Below, piece by piece: positions 9,801-19,789 of a stretch of DNA of 22,646 nucleotides. Location: assembly GCF_000143415.4 (NCBI RefSeq), contig NW_003314370.1, positions 341,298 to 363,943 of the forward strand. Direction: 5' to 3'. The position numbers and the translations under genes are program-made. The notes under the pieces were generated by a model. The model was not told the origin of the DNA. It saw nothing but the letters and a program-made list of their open reading frames with translations, and searched no databases. Position 1 is the first letter of the stretch. Each line of letters starts with the position of its first letter. The DNA comes from Selaginella moellendorffii (Eukaryota > Plantae > Lycopodiophyta).

Positions 9801-11262
9801 TACTCCCATTATCAAACACATGCTTAATACAGAGATCCCTGACCCATCAGAAGACCAAATAAATGCAAATATAAATCAATTCAGTTATGAATAACATTAT
9901 ATTTTTGAACTCATTATAAATGCCATTGACACTAACCAGCATCAATGTTTCTTTATTGATGAACCTGGTGGTATTGGAAAAACTTTTCTACTTAATACCA
10001 TCATTACAGCATTACAATTTAAAAAAATAAAAGTAATCAGTATGGCATGGACTGGGATTGGAAGCATTTTGCTAAAATATGGTCAAACGACACATATGAC
10101 TTTTAAACTTCCTATTCCTTTAAATGAAACTTCTATTTCTGCTTTAATAATTAATAGTGATGCTGGAAAAACCATTAAACAAGCAAATGTTCTCATATGG
10201 GATGAAATTAGTATGGTTCATACATATGTTTTCTTTGTGGTTGATAAATGTTTAAAGCATCTCAAATGTAATTCTAAACCATTTGGAGGCGTTACAGTAA
10301 TTACAAGTGGTGACTTTCGTCAAACCCTTCTTGTTGTTCCCTATGGCCATAGAACCTCTATTATTTCAAGCTTAGTTAAAATGAATAGACTATAGTCACT
10401 TTTTAGAACACTAACATTAACAAAGAACATGCGTTCAAGCAATCTTTGTTTTTCTGAATGGCTTCTCAAACTTGGCAATGGTGATAATAATTTGAAGTTG
10501 CCATGTCTCCTACCAGATATTATCAAAATACCACATGCATTATCTATCACTACACATGTTGTAAACTTTGTTTTCCCAAATACCAATGATATTATAAATA
10601 TTTATATAGGTGCATCAAAGGTTATTCTCACCCCACTCAATGACGACACATTCAGAATAAATAATAACATTGTTGGAAGACTACCAGATGATCCATATAT
10701 TTATTTGAGCATTGACACAGTTGACTCAGATCACCTTGAAGAGATCTTAATTGAATTCTTAAATTCAATCACCCCATCGGGACTACCACCACACAAATTA
10801 ATTCTAAAACAAAATGTGATTTTGATTCTTCTTAGGAACATATCTCCATAAATTGGTTTATGCAGTGGCACTCACCTCATTCTCAAGCAAGCATCTCAAA
10901 ATGTTTTAGATTGTGAAATTATCAAAGGACAATTCAAGGGATCGCAAGTTTTTATTCCACATATTACCCCTACACCTTCTGATATTGAAATCCCTTTCAA
11001 GATGTACTGAAGACAATTCCCAATTCGTCTGGGTTATTGCTTAACTATTTCTAAATCCTAAAGACAAACTTTCAACTGTGTTGGCATTTACCTCCCCTAA
11101 CCTGTTTTCACACATGGTCAACTTTATGTTGCTCTGTCAAGGTGTAGATTACCTGAACAACTTCGTGTTCAAGTGCTTGCAACCCCCTTTCAAGGCAATC
11201 TTATACCATATGATCAACACTTTTACACTATGAATACAGTCTATGCTGAAATTCTTAAATAG
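6881..11262 (+). pseudogene. Helitron Rep/helicase (RepHel) pseudogene: Zn-finger-like N-terminus, HUH Rep domain, PIF1-like SF1 helicase
   Basis: CVFCGALHF*NE...CCQNGKV; GSPRAMQQHYQDA...GKPDLCITFTCNPKWPEI; VIEF*KKGLPHCYFL (HUH); KYLF*YVYKGYD (catalytic Tyr motif); FIDEPGGIGKTFL (Walker A); LIWDEISM; GDFRQ; QFPIRLGYCLTISKS*RQT; PVFTHGQLYVALSR; C-terminus NTVYAEILK*. It has many in-frame stops and a frameshift near 8705-8727. The start position is approximate. Confidence 0.95.
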
Positions 11263-11787
11263 ATTGACAAAAACATGGCACAATTCTAAATCTAACCATG
11301 ATTCCACAAAGCTATCTACTCAATCACCCTTGAGTTGCAGTTGTGAGTTTCAAGTGCACACCACAACAAAGTGGGCATTGACTGGTGTGCCTTGGGTGCT
11401 ATCCCATTTTGGTTATGGCAACGTGCTATTGAGTTGCTAATGGCAAAGGTACAGTTTTCATCCTATTGCTTTTTGAGTGCAGTTCTCATTGCAATATAAT
11501 GGTTTCCGGCTCATCCCAGGAACCTCTCTAGCGGGCTGTGGAGCAAGTACTAACATTTGCACCAAAGATGGACTTGGAAGTATTCTTTGGGCTTTTTGTG
11601 TTCAAAATGGAGGAATGCAACTCAACAGTGATCTAATCTAGCTTATATAATGCTCATAACACATTTTGTCACGAGAATGTCTTTCAATTGTGGAGTCAAT
11701 CAAACAGCAAACATAGCTAAGCTCAAAAAACCTCTTCAAATGGCATCAAATTTGCCAACCACCCAGCATTTGCTGGGCAATTGCTAG

Positions 11788-11939
<152 letters not shown>

Positions 11940-11983
11940 CCCATCTTGTAGGCATTCTTCACTTGGTTTTCTTGCTCTTGACA

Positions 11984-12250
11984 ATGAAGTTCATGATGTT
12001 TCTATTAATGCTGGCAGCGATCTTTCTTGCGGCAGCCATGGTGATTGAGGGAGCGCATGAGGAAGCCAAATGTTACAAGAGGTATACTTGCTTTTTTGGT
12101 GGCCTCAAGTGCAAGGACTACTACTGTAAGCTTTGCCACTTTGTGAGGCACGGCGAGCACTGTGAGAGGTGCCACTCTGGAAGCTGCTCCTATGGTCGAT
12201 GCACTTGCAAGGGACCTTGCAGCAGCTCCAATTGCCCCATCTATGTTTGA
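11984..12250 (+). CDS. Cysteine-rich defensin-like peptide CRP-A2 (88 aa; extra Tyr in the CxxxC motif)
   Basis: Near-identical to CRP-A1, with a 6-nt insertion in the signal peptide and a 3-nt insertion giving CKDYYC. The ORF is open, but the native upstream region is replaced by the Helitron. Confidence 0.75.
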   Translation: MKFMMFLLMLAAIFLAAAMVIEGAHEEAKCYKRYTCFFGGLKCKDYYCKLCHFVRHGEHCERCHSGSCSYGRCTCKGPCSSSNCPIYV

Positions 12251-12577
12251 TAGATCCATCCATCGATCGGAGCTTCAATCGTGCCTGTAAACTCATCATC
12301 AATAAAAACAGTTCACTCACAAGTCTTTCAGGGACGTTTTGTTCCTTCTAGAGAACATAACGCTTGCAAAGACGACAATTAGTCCTTTTAATAATCTAGA
12401 TTACTCCTCTCTAAAAGCAGGACGATATACCGTTTTATTCTAAGCTCGCTTTATTATAACGTTTAAATCTAAGACCACTTTACAGATTATCGGCTTGCTT
12501 GGCTTAGCATTTTTTAACGTGTTACTTACTATAAAATGAAAGAATTATGTGATCACTTAGTAGCCAGCAGTCTCAAG

Positions 12578-12814
12578 ATGAAGAAAGGAATTGTTATAAT
12601 TTTGTGTGTGGTGCTAGCAATGGCAGTCAATGCTCAAGACTGTTATAATTTTTATTCCTGCCCACAGGACCCTGCAATTAAATCACACTGCCACACATTT
12701 TGCAAGATGTGCCACTTTAACAACGAAGGAAACAATTGTGAGATATGTAAGAGCGGCTCTTGCAATGATACCAAGAGATGCATTTGTGATGATTGTCGAG
12801 TTGTTAACTGTTAA
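12578..12814 (+). CDS. Cysteine-rich defensin-like peptide CRP-B2 (78 aa, full-length 12-Cys scaffold)
   Basis: Signal peptide MKKGIVIILCVVLAMAVNA. CKMCHFNNEGNNCEIC keeps the C-x8-C spacing seen in CRP-A. Confidence 0.85.
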   Translation: MKKGIVIILCVVLAMAVNAQDCYNFYSCPQDPAIKSHCHTFCKMCHFNNEGNNCEICKSGSCNDTKRCICDDCRVVNC

Positions 12815-13205
12815 GATAATAGTAAATATTAATATTGGTGTTTTGTGTGGACTGGTTTTCTAAATGTATAATTATTAAATAATTTCAATTGGTGAATTAT
12901 TAAAATAGAAGCTTTTATGATAGTTGAACCAAAAGAAAAACAGACTAAAAAATTCTATAAATGATAAAAATCTTCATAAAGTATAATAGTAATAACTACA
13001 CCAATTTAATTAAAGTTATATTAAAACTAACTATAGCTGATAAAAATATATAAAAAGAAATTCAAAAAGGTAAAGATTATATATAGTTTTTAGTCCTATT
13101 GTGTCAAAGATAAACTAGGCAATATCATAAAAATTATGAACAAAACCATAACCAGAATAAATCACCAGATCAAAACGCAGATTTTGTAGGGTTTAAGCAA
13201 AGCCA

Positions 13206-14500
13206 ATGGCAATAGATCCAGCAGACACTCGCAAGCAATGGCTGCTCTCCAGGGACGAATGCAGGTGCTGCTGCTCTTCCACACGACCCAAAATCCTTCT
13301 CTCCATTGCGGCTCTCGCTCTTCTTGTCACTGCAGCAGTGGTGATTGGAGCAAGCGTTGGAGCAACTCGAGCATCCGCCAGGAATCACCGGCACAAGAGG
13401 AGCTCCAATGCGGCCACATTCGACGAGAATTACAACATCTCCTGGTCGGGAGATCACGTCCGGCTTCTCAACGGCGGCCTGCTCGCGGACATTCTGCTCG
13501 ACAAGCAATCCGGTAAGAGAAACTCTGTTATTTCATGGATTTCCTTCCTTTGTGATCGATCTGTGCGTGATCTCCTAGGGGCCGAATTCGGATCTAAGAG
13601 ATCCTATCTCTTTGGCCATCTCAAGATGCAAATGAAGCTCGTCGCCAATGACTCGGCTGGAACAGTAACAGCTTTCTATGTAAGCATCAAGTTTTCTTCC
13701 AAGATCTCTGTCAATGTCTTCCAAGAACATTGGATCTCATACAGTTTCTCGATCGATTTGACTCGTCCAGATGGCGTCACACACGGAGAATCGCGACGAG
13801 TTCGACTTTGAGTTCTTGGGCAACAGATCCGGGCAGCCATACGCGCTACAGACGAACATCTATGTCAATGGAACCGGTGGAAGAGAGCAGCGAATCCTAC
13901 TGTGGTTCGATCCAAGCCTCGATTATCACACGTACTCTGTTCTCTGGAACCAGTACCAAGTCATGTAAGAGAAATCTTTTCCTTGCTTTTGCCAGAAGTT
14001 CTTTTCACTCTTGGAAGCAAAGCTTGCTTTTTAAAAAAACTTCTCGCTAGAAATTTAACTTACTTTGGTTCTTTCCTTCTTTTTGGAGCAGATTTTTCGT
14101 CGACGACACTCCAGTGCGAGTCTTTCGGAACAACAGCCACCTCGGAGTCCCCTACGCGTTTAGCCAGCCAATGCGGATCTTTGGGAGTATGTGGAACGGA
14201 GAGCAATGGGCCACAGTTGGCGGCCTCGAGAAAACCAACTGGAACTACGCACCTTTCATCGCTTCCTTCCAAGACTTTGCCATCGATGGATGCGACCCCT
14301 CCTCGTCTCCTGGTGATCCGGGATTTTGTTTTAGCTCTGGGAATCGAAATCACTGGTGGGATGAGGAAAAGTACCGTGTTTTGGACGTTGGTCAGCTGGA
14401 TAATCTCGGCTCCATCGTGAGAAACTACACCATATACGACTACTGCACTGATACCAAGCGCTATTCACCAGTTCCTCCAGAGTGCGGTGCCAATCCCTGA
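13206..14500 (+). CDS. XTH: Xyloglucan endotransglucosylase/hydrolase (GH16); exons 13206-13512, 13579-13679, 13771-13964, 14092-14500
   Basis: Catalytic [13 protein letters not shown] with adjacent N-glycosylation site, [31 protein letters not shown], and XET_C-type [18 protein letters not shown]. The 101-nt and 194-nt internal exons fit the typical XTH four-exon structure. Confidence 0.96.
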
Positions 14501-14659
14501 CTTGACTTTGCTTGGAACTCAAAAACATCGACGACTCGGAGCTTAGGACGAACAATAATTTTTCTTAGAAGACATACCATTTTTTGAGACACCGTGACGA
14601 ATTTCACGTTGTGTGTAATGTTCTTTACATTGGATTCTTTCTTTCCCTGATTGTATTCT

Positions 14660-16033
14660 TTATGAGGCAGTGACCCCAGCACTGCAAACGGGGCAAGTCT
14701 GCAGGAAAACAGACTTCACGGATCAGAGACACGGATCAAAGAAAAGAAACAACTTGCCTTGTTAATCTGAAGCCATTGCTGGATACACTCGGAGTGATAC
14801 TTGTGCTTGCAAGGCAATGTCAAGAGCATCTCGTCTTCCTCGTAATCGTGTCGACAAATCACACACCTAAGTGATCCCAGTTTAGACTAGAAGTTACTCA
14901 AGAAATCAAAAACCTTTGTACGTACTGCTCACTGTCACTGCTGGTGCTGCCTCCGGTATGACCACGCTTGTAGGATGTTACTGGAAGCTCGGCTATGGCA
15001 TCTGAAGAGAGCCCTCGACTTTCTACTCCGACAGCATCACCAAGCGCCACGAGCTCCTGTGGAAGGAAAAAGAAACTTAAGAATACAGGATGAAACGAAA
15101 GAGGGAATGTTACCTCGTAAGACATATGGTCTGGATCAACATCTTGCCACTCCTGCCACGAGAATCTTAACTTTTCGCAAAATAAACGAAAAGCTCTACA
15201 TACCTGTGATTCATCACTGCCATCCTCCTCTTCCTCCTCCTCCTCCTCCTCTTCTTCTTCTTCCTCGTCATCTTCGTCTTCATCCTCATCATCTTCCTCG
15301 TCGTCTTCATGTACATCCACATCGTCCTCATCCACTTCTTCGTCATCTTCCTCTCCTTCCTCATCCTCCTCTTCTTCACCATCGTCTCCCACTGCCATTT
15401 CCCACTCATCTCAGCACCAAAACAAGATGAGTGGAAAGCAACCGAAACTCACAGTCATGGATTCCGGCGAGCGCCATCATACGAGCCGCGTGCTCGCGCT
15501 CCTCATTCTCCTGCAAAGCCCTGGCAAACGCCTCATCACTTTCGTACTGGGAGCCATCCATGGTGGTCGTCCTGTTGTCAGCGTTTAATCCAGGAGCCTG
15601 GACTCGATCATCGCTCTCCTCCTCACCATCCTCGTCGGAGTCATCCTCGTAGCCATGGTAGTAAGCCCCTCCATTTCTCAAAAGCATGTAAGCTCTTTCC
15701 TAGGCCAGAAGAACAATCCCATACATCGCAAAGAGAATCAGAGAAGCACAAAAAAGAGAGACAAAGCCCACTTACCTGTTCCTGGAGCGTTCGAGCAAGA
15801 ACCAAATCGGATTCTATCTGGCTCAACTGCGTAAAAGGCTGCCGAGCTCGCGCATTGTTGTTCCCAGCAGCGGCTCCGCCCGGCGCCGCCACTCCAGCTG
15901 ACGCGGGCGCTGCCGCCGCCGCTGCTGCCGCCGCTGGCGCCGAGGAAGCACTGGATTGAGAATCGATCTGCTTTTGCTCCTTGTTCTCCTTGGCACTCTC
16001 CTCGGAGCCGGAGGAGCGCGTCTCGCCCTTCAT
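14660..16033 (-). CDS. BBR: RING-H2 E3 ubiquitin ligase, BIG BROTHER-related type, 7 predicted exons with an acidic tract
   Basis: RQPFTQLSQIESDLVLARTLQEQ|ERAYMLL; DEAFARALQ; WQDVDPDHMSYE|ELVALGDAVGVESRGLS; RING-H2 CVICRHDY...LPCKHKYHSECIQQWLQINK|TCPVC. One acceptor site (~15392-15410) is ambiguous. Confidence 0.9.
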
Positions 16034-16272
16034 CGCTGCTACAACCCTAAATCGCTCTCCGACCTAACACGCCAGCCAAGAAGGGATCTCCATCTACACT
16101 TTCATATGCAGGCCAATTCCATTCCATTTTATTTTCCATGCTAAGTAAGAGATAATTGAAAGCCCTAATCCAAGCCACTGAAAGCTTGTAGGACAAATTC
16201 TATTTATTTTGACAATTTACATTCAAAGATTGACTCGACCAGAAATTGACAAATTCAATTTATCTTGACAAT

Positions 16273-16548
16273 TTATTTACAGATTTTCTTCCTGAGTCTC
16301 AACTTTTGGCGAAGATCTCTCTCTTTTTGTTGCCTGAGAGCCCTGGATTTGATAGTGATAATCTTCCGATTTGATGCTGCTACTGCATCGACAGACAATT
16401 TGCTCATGGCAGCAGCCAGCCTTCGCATCTTCCTGTGCCTCTCCACCAGCCGCGGGCTCTTCCTCTGCGGGATCTCACTGCGACCTCCATTCTTTGCCTT
16501 GGAACTCTTGCGATTCTTCTCACTAGCAGCCGCCATCACCATGCACAA
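16273..16548 (-). CDS. Hypothetical small, highly basic protein (91 aa)
   Basis: Intronless ORF that is GC-richer than its flanks, with 29 K/R vs 6 D/E. A TATATAT lies ~70 nt upstream on the minus strand (~16617-16623). No family is recognised. Confidence 0.45.
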   Translation of the reverse strand: MCMVMAAASEKNRKSSKAKNGGRSEIPQRKSPRLVERHRKMRRLAAAMSKLSVDAVAASNRKIITIKSRALRQQKERDLRQKLRLRKKICK

Positions 16549-16762
16549 GGAAATAGATAAACCACGCAGACCAAAGGGAAGTGAAGCTTGATGTGGTTGG
16601 CAAACCTAGCACGCAAATATATACACCGGGTTTAAGCTTGTATGCAACGCTTTTTCATAGCTTAAGTCATAAGTATCCAAACTATTCCTTTAAACTTTGT
16701 CACTTCCTTTAATTTCTTTAAGATTCTTGAGTCTTCCTTTAGACTTCTTTCTCGTTTGATCA

Positions 16763-19366
16763 TCACCAGAAGTTGGCACAGGAGCACTTGCCATCGCCAA
16801 AGACGTGAAACCTGCTTGAATCTCTGCAGAGTATACGTCTCGCTTCCATGGCGGAGACCGCGCAGAAGACGAGATGGCAGTCATCACAAACCCGGAGGTT
16901 CTTTATGATGCGCACTGTTCCTCCCGGACGAGTGTTCAGCAGCGCACACGCAAGAGCCAGCTTCTCACTGTGTCCACAGAGCGCGTCCTCTTTTGCCTCG
17001 TCACAAATGTTGTGGTGGGAGACGCTAGCGAGATGAGCGACGTAGCCGGCTTCTTTCTTGATCCTCGCCATGGTTTTCTTGAGCAAAGCTTTGATCTCCT
17101 CCCCTTGAGGATGATGGCTTGTATCACCCGCACTGAACCTGTGAACTACGCCTCTAGGATCTGTCCACCAGCTCTGTCCTTGCCGTCGTAAAACCCGAGC
17201 ACTCGTTCTCATCGTCTCGATCTTAGATTGCTCCTCCCACATTCCCAAGCTTCCATAGATGCTTCCCATGAGCATGTAGCCTGCGACGTCCCGGTCGTCC
17301 AGCTCCATCAGGGACTCAAAGGCCAGCTTCCCAACTTCCAAGTTCTTCCACTTCTTGCATGCCCCCAAGAGCGTCATCCAGGCCACGGGAGTTTTCCTGT
17401 AAGGCATGGCCTTGACCATATCCAGCGCCTCGCTGAGCTTGTTTGTTCGTGCCAAAGTATCTATCATGCAGTGGTAGTGCTCGATACCAGGCTCGATCGA
17501 GTACCTGGACCGCATGGCTTCAAAGTAGCGTCTTCCTCTCTCGACTAGACCAGCATGGCTGCACGCTGTTAACAGGCAAAGAAACGTTATACCGTCCGGA
17601 AGTACGTTCTCTTCCTGCATCGCTTGAAAGAGCTGGAATGCGTACCTGGTATTTCCTTGGCGGCTGTAGCCGGCCAGCAACGCAGTCCAGGCTATGGTAC
17701 TCCGCACGTCCGTGGAGACGAAGCTTTCTTCCGCTTCACCTACGTTGCCGCATTTCCCAAAAAAATCCACGATGCCAGTGCTCACGGCGTGCTCCTTTTC
17801 GAACCCAGCTTTATAGATCTCCCCGCATACGTATTTCCCAGCTTCCAAAGATGCAAGTCCCGCACAGGCCTTGAGTACTGCTATGAAAGTTACCGAGTCC
17901 GGAGTGCAGCCATCCTCCCGCATTCTCATGAAGAGCTCCAAAGAAGAGTCGGCTTCACCGCTTTCGACATATCCCAGGATCAGGGCGTTCCAAGTGACCA
18001 GGCAGCGAACGGGGAGCTTGTCAAACACGCTCTGAGCTTGTGCCAGGCCTCCACAGTTCGTGTACATGTCGATCAAGCTGCTGGCTATGAAATTGTCTGT
18101 CTCGTAATCATAAGCAGCAGCTTGAGAGTGAATAGCGCTCCCCTTCTCCAGCACACCTTGTTTAGCAGCCTTTCCGTCGAGCTGAGTGGCATCCTCGTTC
18201 GCAGCAAGCCAAGTGCAAGCCTTGAGTGCAACGAGAAAGGTGACACGATTTGGAGAACACAGAGCTTCTTGCTGCATGAGCTCGAAGAGCCTCAAACCCA
18301 ATCCTGCCTTCCCGTTTTCCACGTAACCCATCAGCAACGAGTTCCAAGATACCACAGTCTGCCACCTTGTCCTGTCGAAAGCTCTTCGAGCATCCAGAAT
18401 GCTTCCACAGCTCGCATACATATCCACCAGACTGTTCCCGACAAACGTATCGAGCTCGCATCCAATCTTCAGCGCTTCAGAGTGAACAGCCATGCCTTTC
18501 TCCAAGGCATTCATCTTCACAGCCTCTCCTTCAACCAGCCTTCCATTTTCCTTCGCCGCCAAGCTCGCGCAAGCTTTAAGTGCCGCGAGGATCGTAACTC
18601 GGTTTGGCTCACAGATCCCTTCTTCTCGCATCGAGTCCAAAAGTTCCAGAGCTAGATCACCACCGCCATTCTCTGCGTACCCCAGCATCAGTGCGTTCCA
18701 CGAGACAACACTGCGAGTGACCATCTTATTGAAAACCTGGCGAGCCATTCTCAAGCTTCCACACTTGGCAAACATGTCGATGGCACAGTTCTCCACGAAA
18801 GTATCCCTGTCGTAGCCAGCTTTCGCTGCCCTGGAGAAGATCTCCAAGCCTTTCTCCAGAGACTCTACCTTGACTACCTTTCCATCTACGAGCTTTCCAT
18901 CCTCCTTGGCCGAGAGCAACGAGCAGCCCTTGATAGCAGCCACAAAAGCTCGAGAGTTTGGCAAGCATCCTGTAAATTCCATCCTATGGAACAAATCCAA
19001 GCTCTCCTCAGCTTGCCCGTTCTCGGCATAGCCCAGCATCAATGCCGTCCAGGACACCACATTCGGAGAAGAAATGTGCTCGAAGACGCTGCGAGCATCG
19101 GCCATGCTTCCAGATTTCGCGTACATGTCGACTAGAGTGCTGGCGATGTAGATGTCGGCGATCATCCCACTCTGGATTGCGTGATCGTGCATCTTCCTCC
19201 CGAAATCGAGCTCCTCTGTGCTGGCGCATGCCTTCAATCCGGCAAGAAGCGCACTGGCACTCTCCGGCTCGCATCGCTGCTGCTGGATATTTCTTGTTCC
19301 AATGCGATAGCTCCGAAAGAAGGACGACTTACATGATCTGCTGATGAGACGGCAACGCCAGAGCAT
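16763..19366 (-). CDS. PLS-class pentatricopeptide repeat protein with E and DYW-type cytidine deaminase domain (organellar RNA-editing factor), 867 aa
   Basis: Repeated P-L-S motifs (LVDMYAKSG..ARSVF...NVVSWTALMLGYAENG), E region (HYHCMIDTLAR...WMTLLGAC), deaminase HSEKLA...KNLRVCDDCH, and terminal RFHVFGDGKCSCANFW. The Arg/Ser-rich N-terminus resembles a mitochondrial presequence. Confidence 0.96.
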   Translation of the reverse strand: MLWRCRLISRSCKSSFFRSYRIGTRNIQQQRCEPESASALLAGLKACASTEELDFGRKMHDHAIQSGMIADIYIASTLVDMYAKSGSMADARSVFEHISSPNVVSWTALMLGYAENGQAEESLDLFHRMEFTGCLPNSRAFVAAIKGCSLLSAKEDGKLVDGKVVKVESLEKGLEIFSRAAKAGYDRDTFVENCAIDMFAKCGSLRMARQVFNKMVTRSVVSWNALMLGYAENGGGDLALELLDSMREEGICEPNRVTILAALKACASLAAKENGRLVEGEAVKMNALEKGMAVHSEALKIGCELDTFVGNSLVDMYASCGSILDARRAFDRTRWQTVVSWNSLLMGYVENGKAGLGLRLFELMQQEALCSPNRVTFLVALKACTWLAANEDATQLDGKAAKQGVLEKGSAIHSQAAAYDYETDNFIASSLIDMYTNCGGLAQAQSVFDKLPVRCLVTWNALILGYVESGEADSSLELFMRMREDGCTPDSVTFIAVLKACAGLASLEAGKYVCGEIYKAGFEKEHAVSTGIVDFFGKCGNVGEAEESFVSTDVRSTIAWTALLAGYSRQGNTRYAFQLFQAMQEENVLPDGITFLCLLTACSHAGLVERGRRYFEAMRSRYSIEPGIEHYHCMIDTLARTNKLSEALDMVKAMPYRKTPVAWMTLLGACKKWKNLEVGKLAFESLMELDDRDVAGYMLMGSIYGSLGMWEEQSKIETMRTSARVLRRQGQSWWTDPRGVVHRFSAGDTSHHPQGEEIKALLKKTMARIKKEAGYVAHLASVSHHNICDEAKEDALCGHSEKLALACALLNTRPGGTVRIIKNLRVCDDCHLVFCAVSAMEARRILCRDSSRFHVFGDGKCSCANFW

Positions 19367-19789
19367 GAGATCGGGGTCATCGCGGCCAGGAAGCCGGGAA
19401 TCTCAAGCGCATTCTCTCAAGAACCCTAAAATATGTAGGTCCATTTTCCTTCCAGATGCCGCGATTGAAGTGTTCTTTGAGATACTTTGGAACTGTCTTC
19501 CTGCTCAGCATCACCGGCAGGGAAAAAAACTCCGGGGAACTTGGAATGGAGTCTCATAGTCTCATTTCCGGCAGCAAAGGTGCTAATGAAGTCTAGTCAT
19601 TGCAGAATCTTGGAAGAACAGCGCAAACGTTTTTGTAGATTCCTTTTCTCTTTTCTCTTATTTTTGTCTCTTGTCCAGGCCAAGTCGAAAACTATGGTTT
19701 CCCAATCGTGAGCTGGACTTCATCGCGGATATGAATCGAGTCGATCCTGTGAAAGCGGCAAGTAGTTGAAACCAAGAGAGCTCGCGACG

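Larger units (their letters stand above)
4860..11787 (+). mobile_element. Helitron (rolling-circle transposon), decayed autonomous type with captured gene fragments
   Basis: Candidate 5' end A|TCTATACATATAAAG at 4860. The 3' hairpin cccagca-tt-tgctggg (11762-11777) is followed by CTAG (11784-11787)|T. An internal RepHel pseudogene is present. The 3' end is firm and the 5' end is less so. Confidence 0.88.

Noticed and set aside
7271-10851. Several separate ORFs that look like an operon of small genes
   Set aside because: They are consecutive pieces of one RepHel frame broken by stop codons and a frameshift.
14975-15959. Pro/His/Leu-rich plus-strand ORFs and a Lys/Arg/Met-rich minus-strand ORF
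   Set aside because: These are alternate readings of the Glu/Asp codon tract and neighbouring exons of the RING ligase.
17624-18655. 343-aa plus-strand ORF and other ORFs overlapping the PPR gene
   Set aside because: These are antisense or alternate-frame shadows of a clear coding sequence, with no recognisable motifs.
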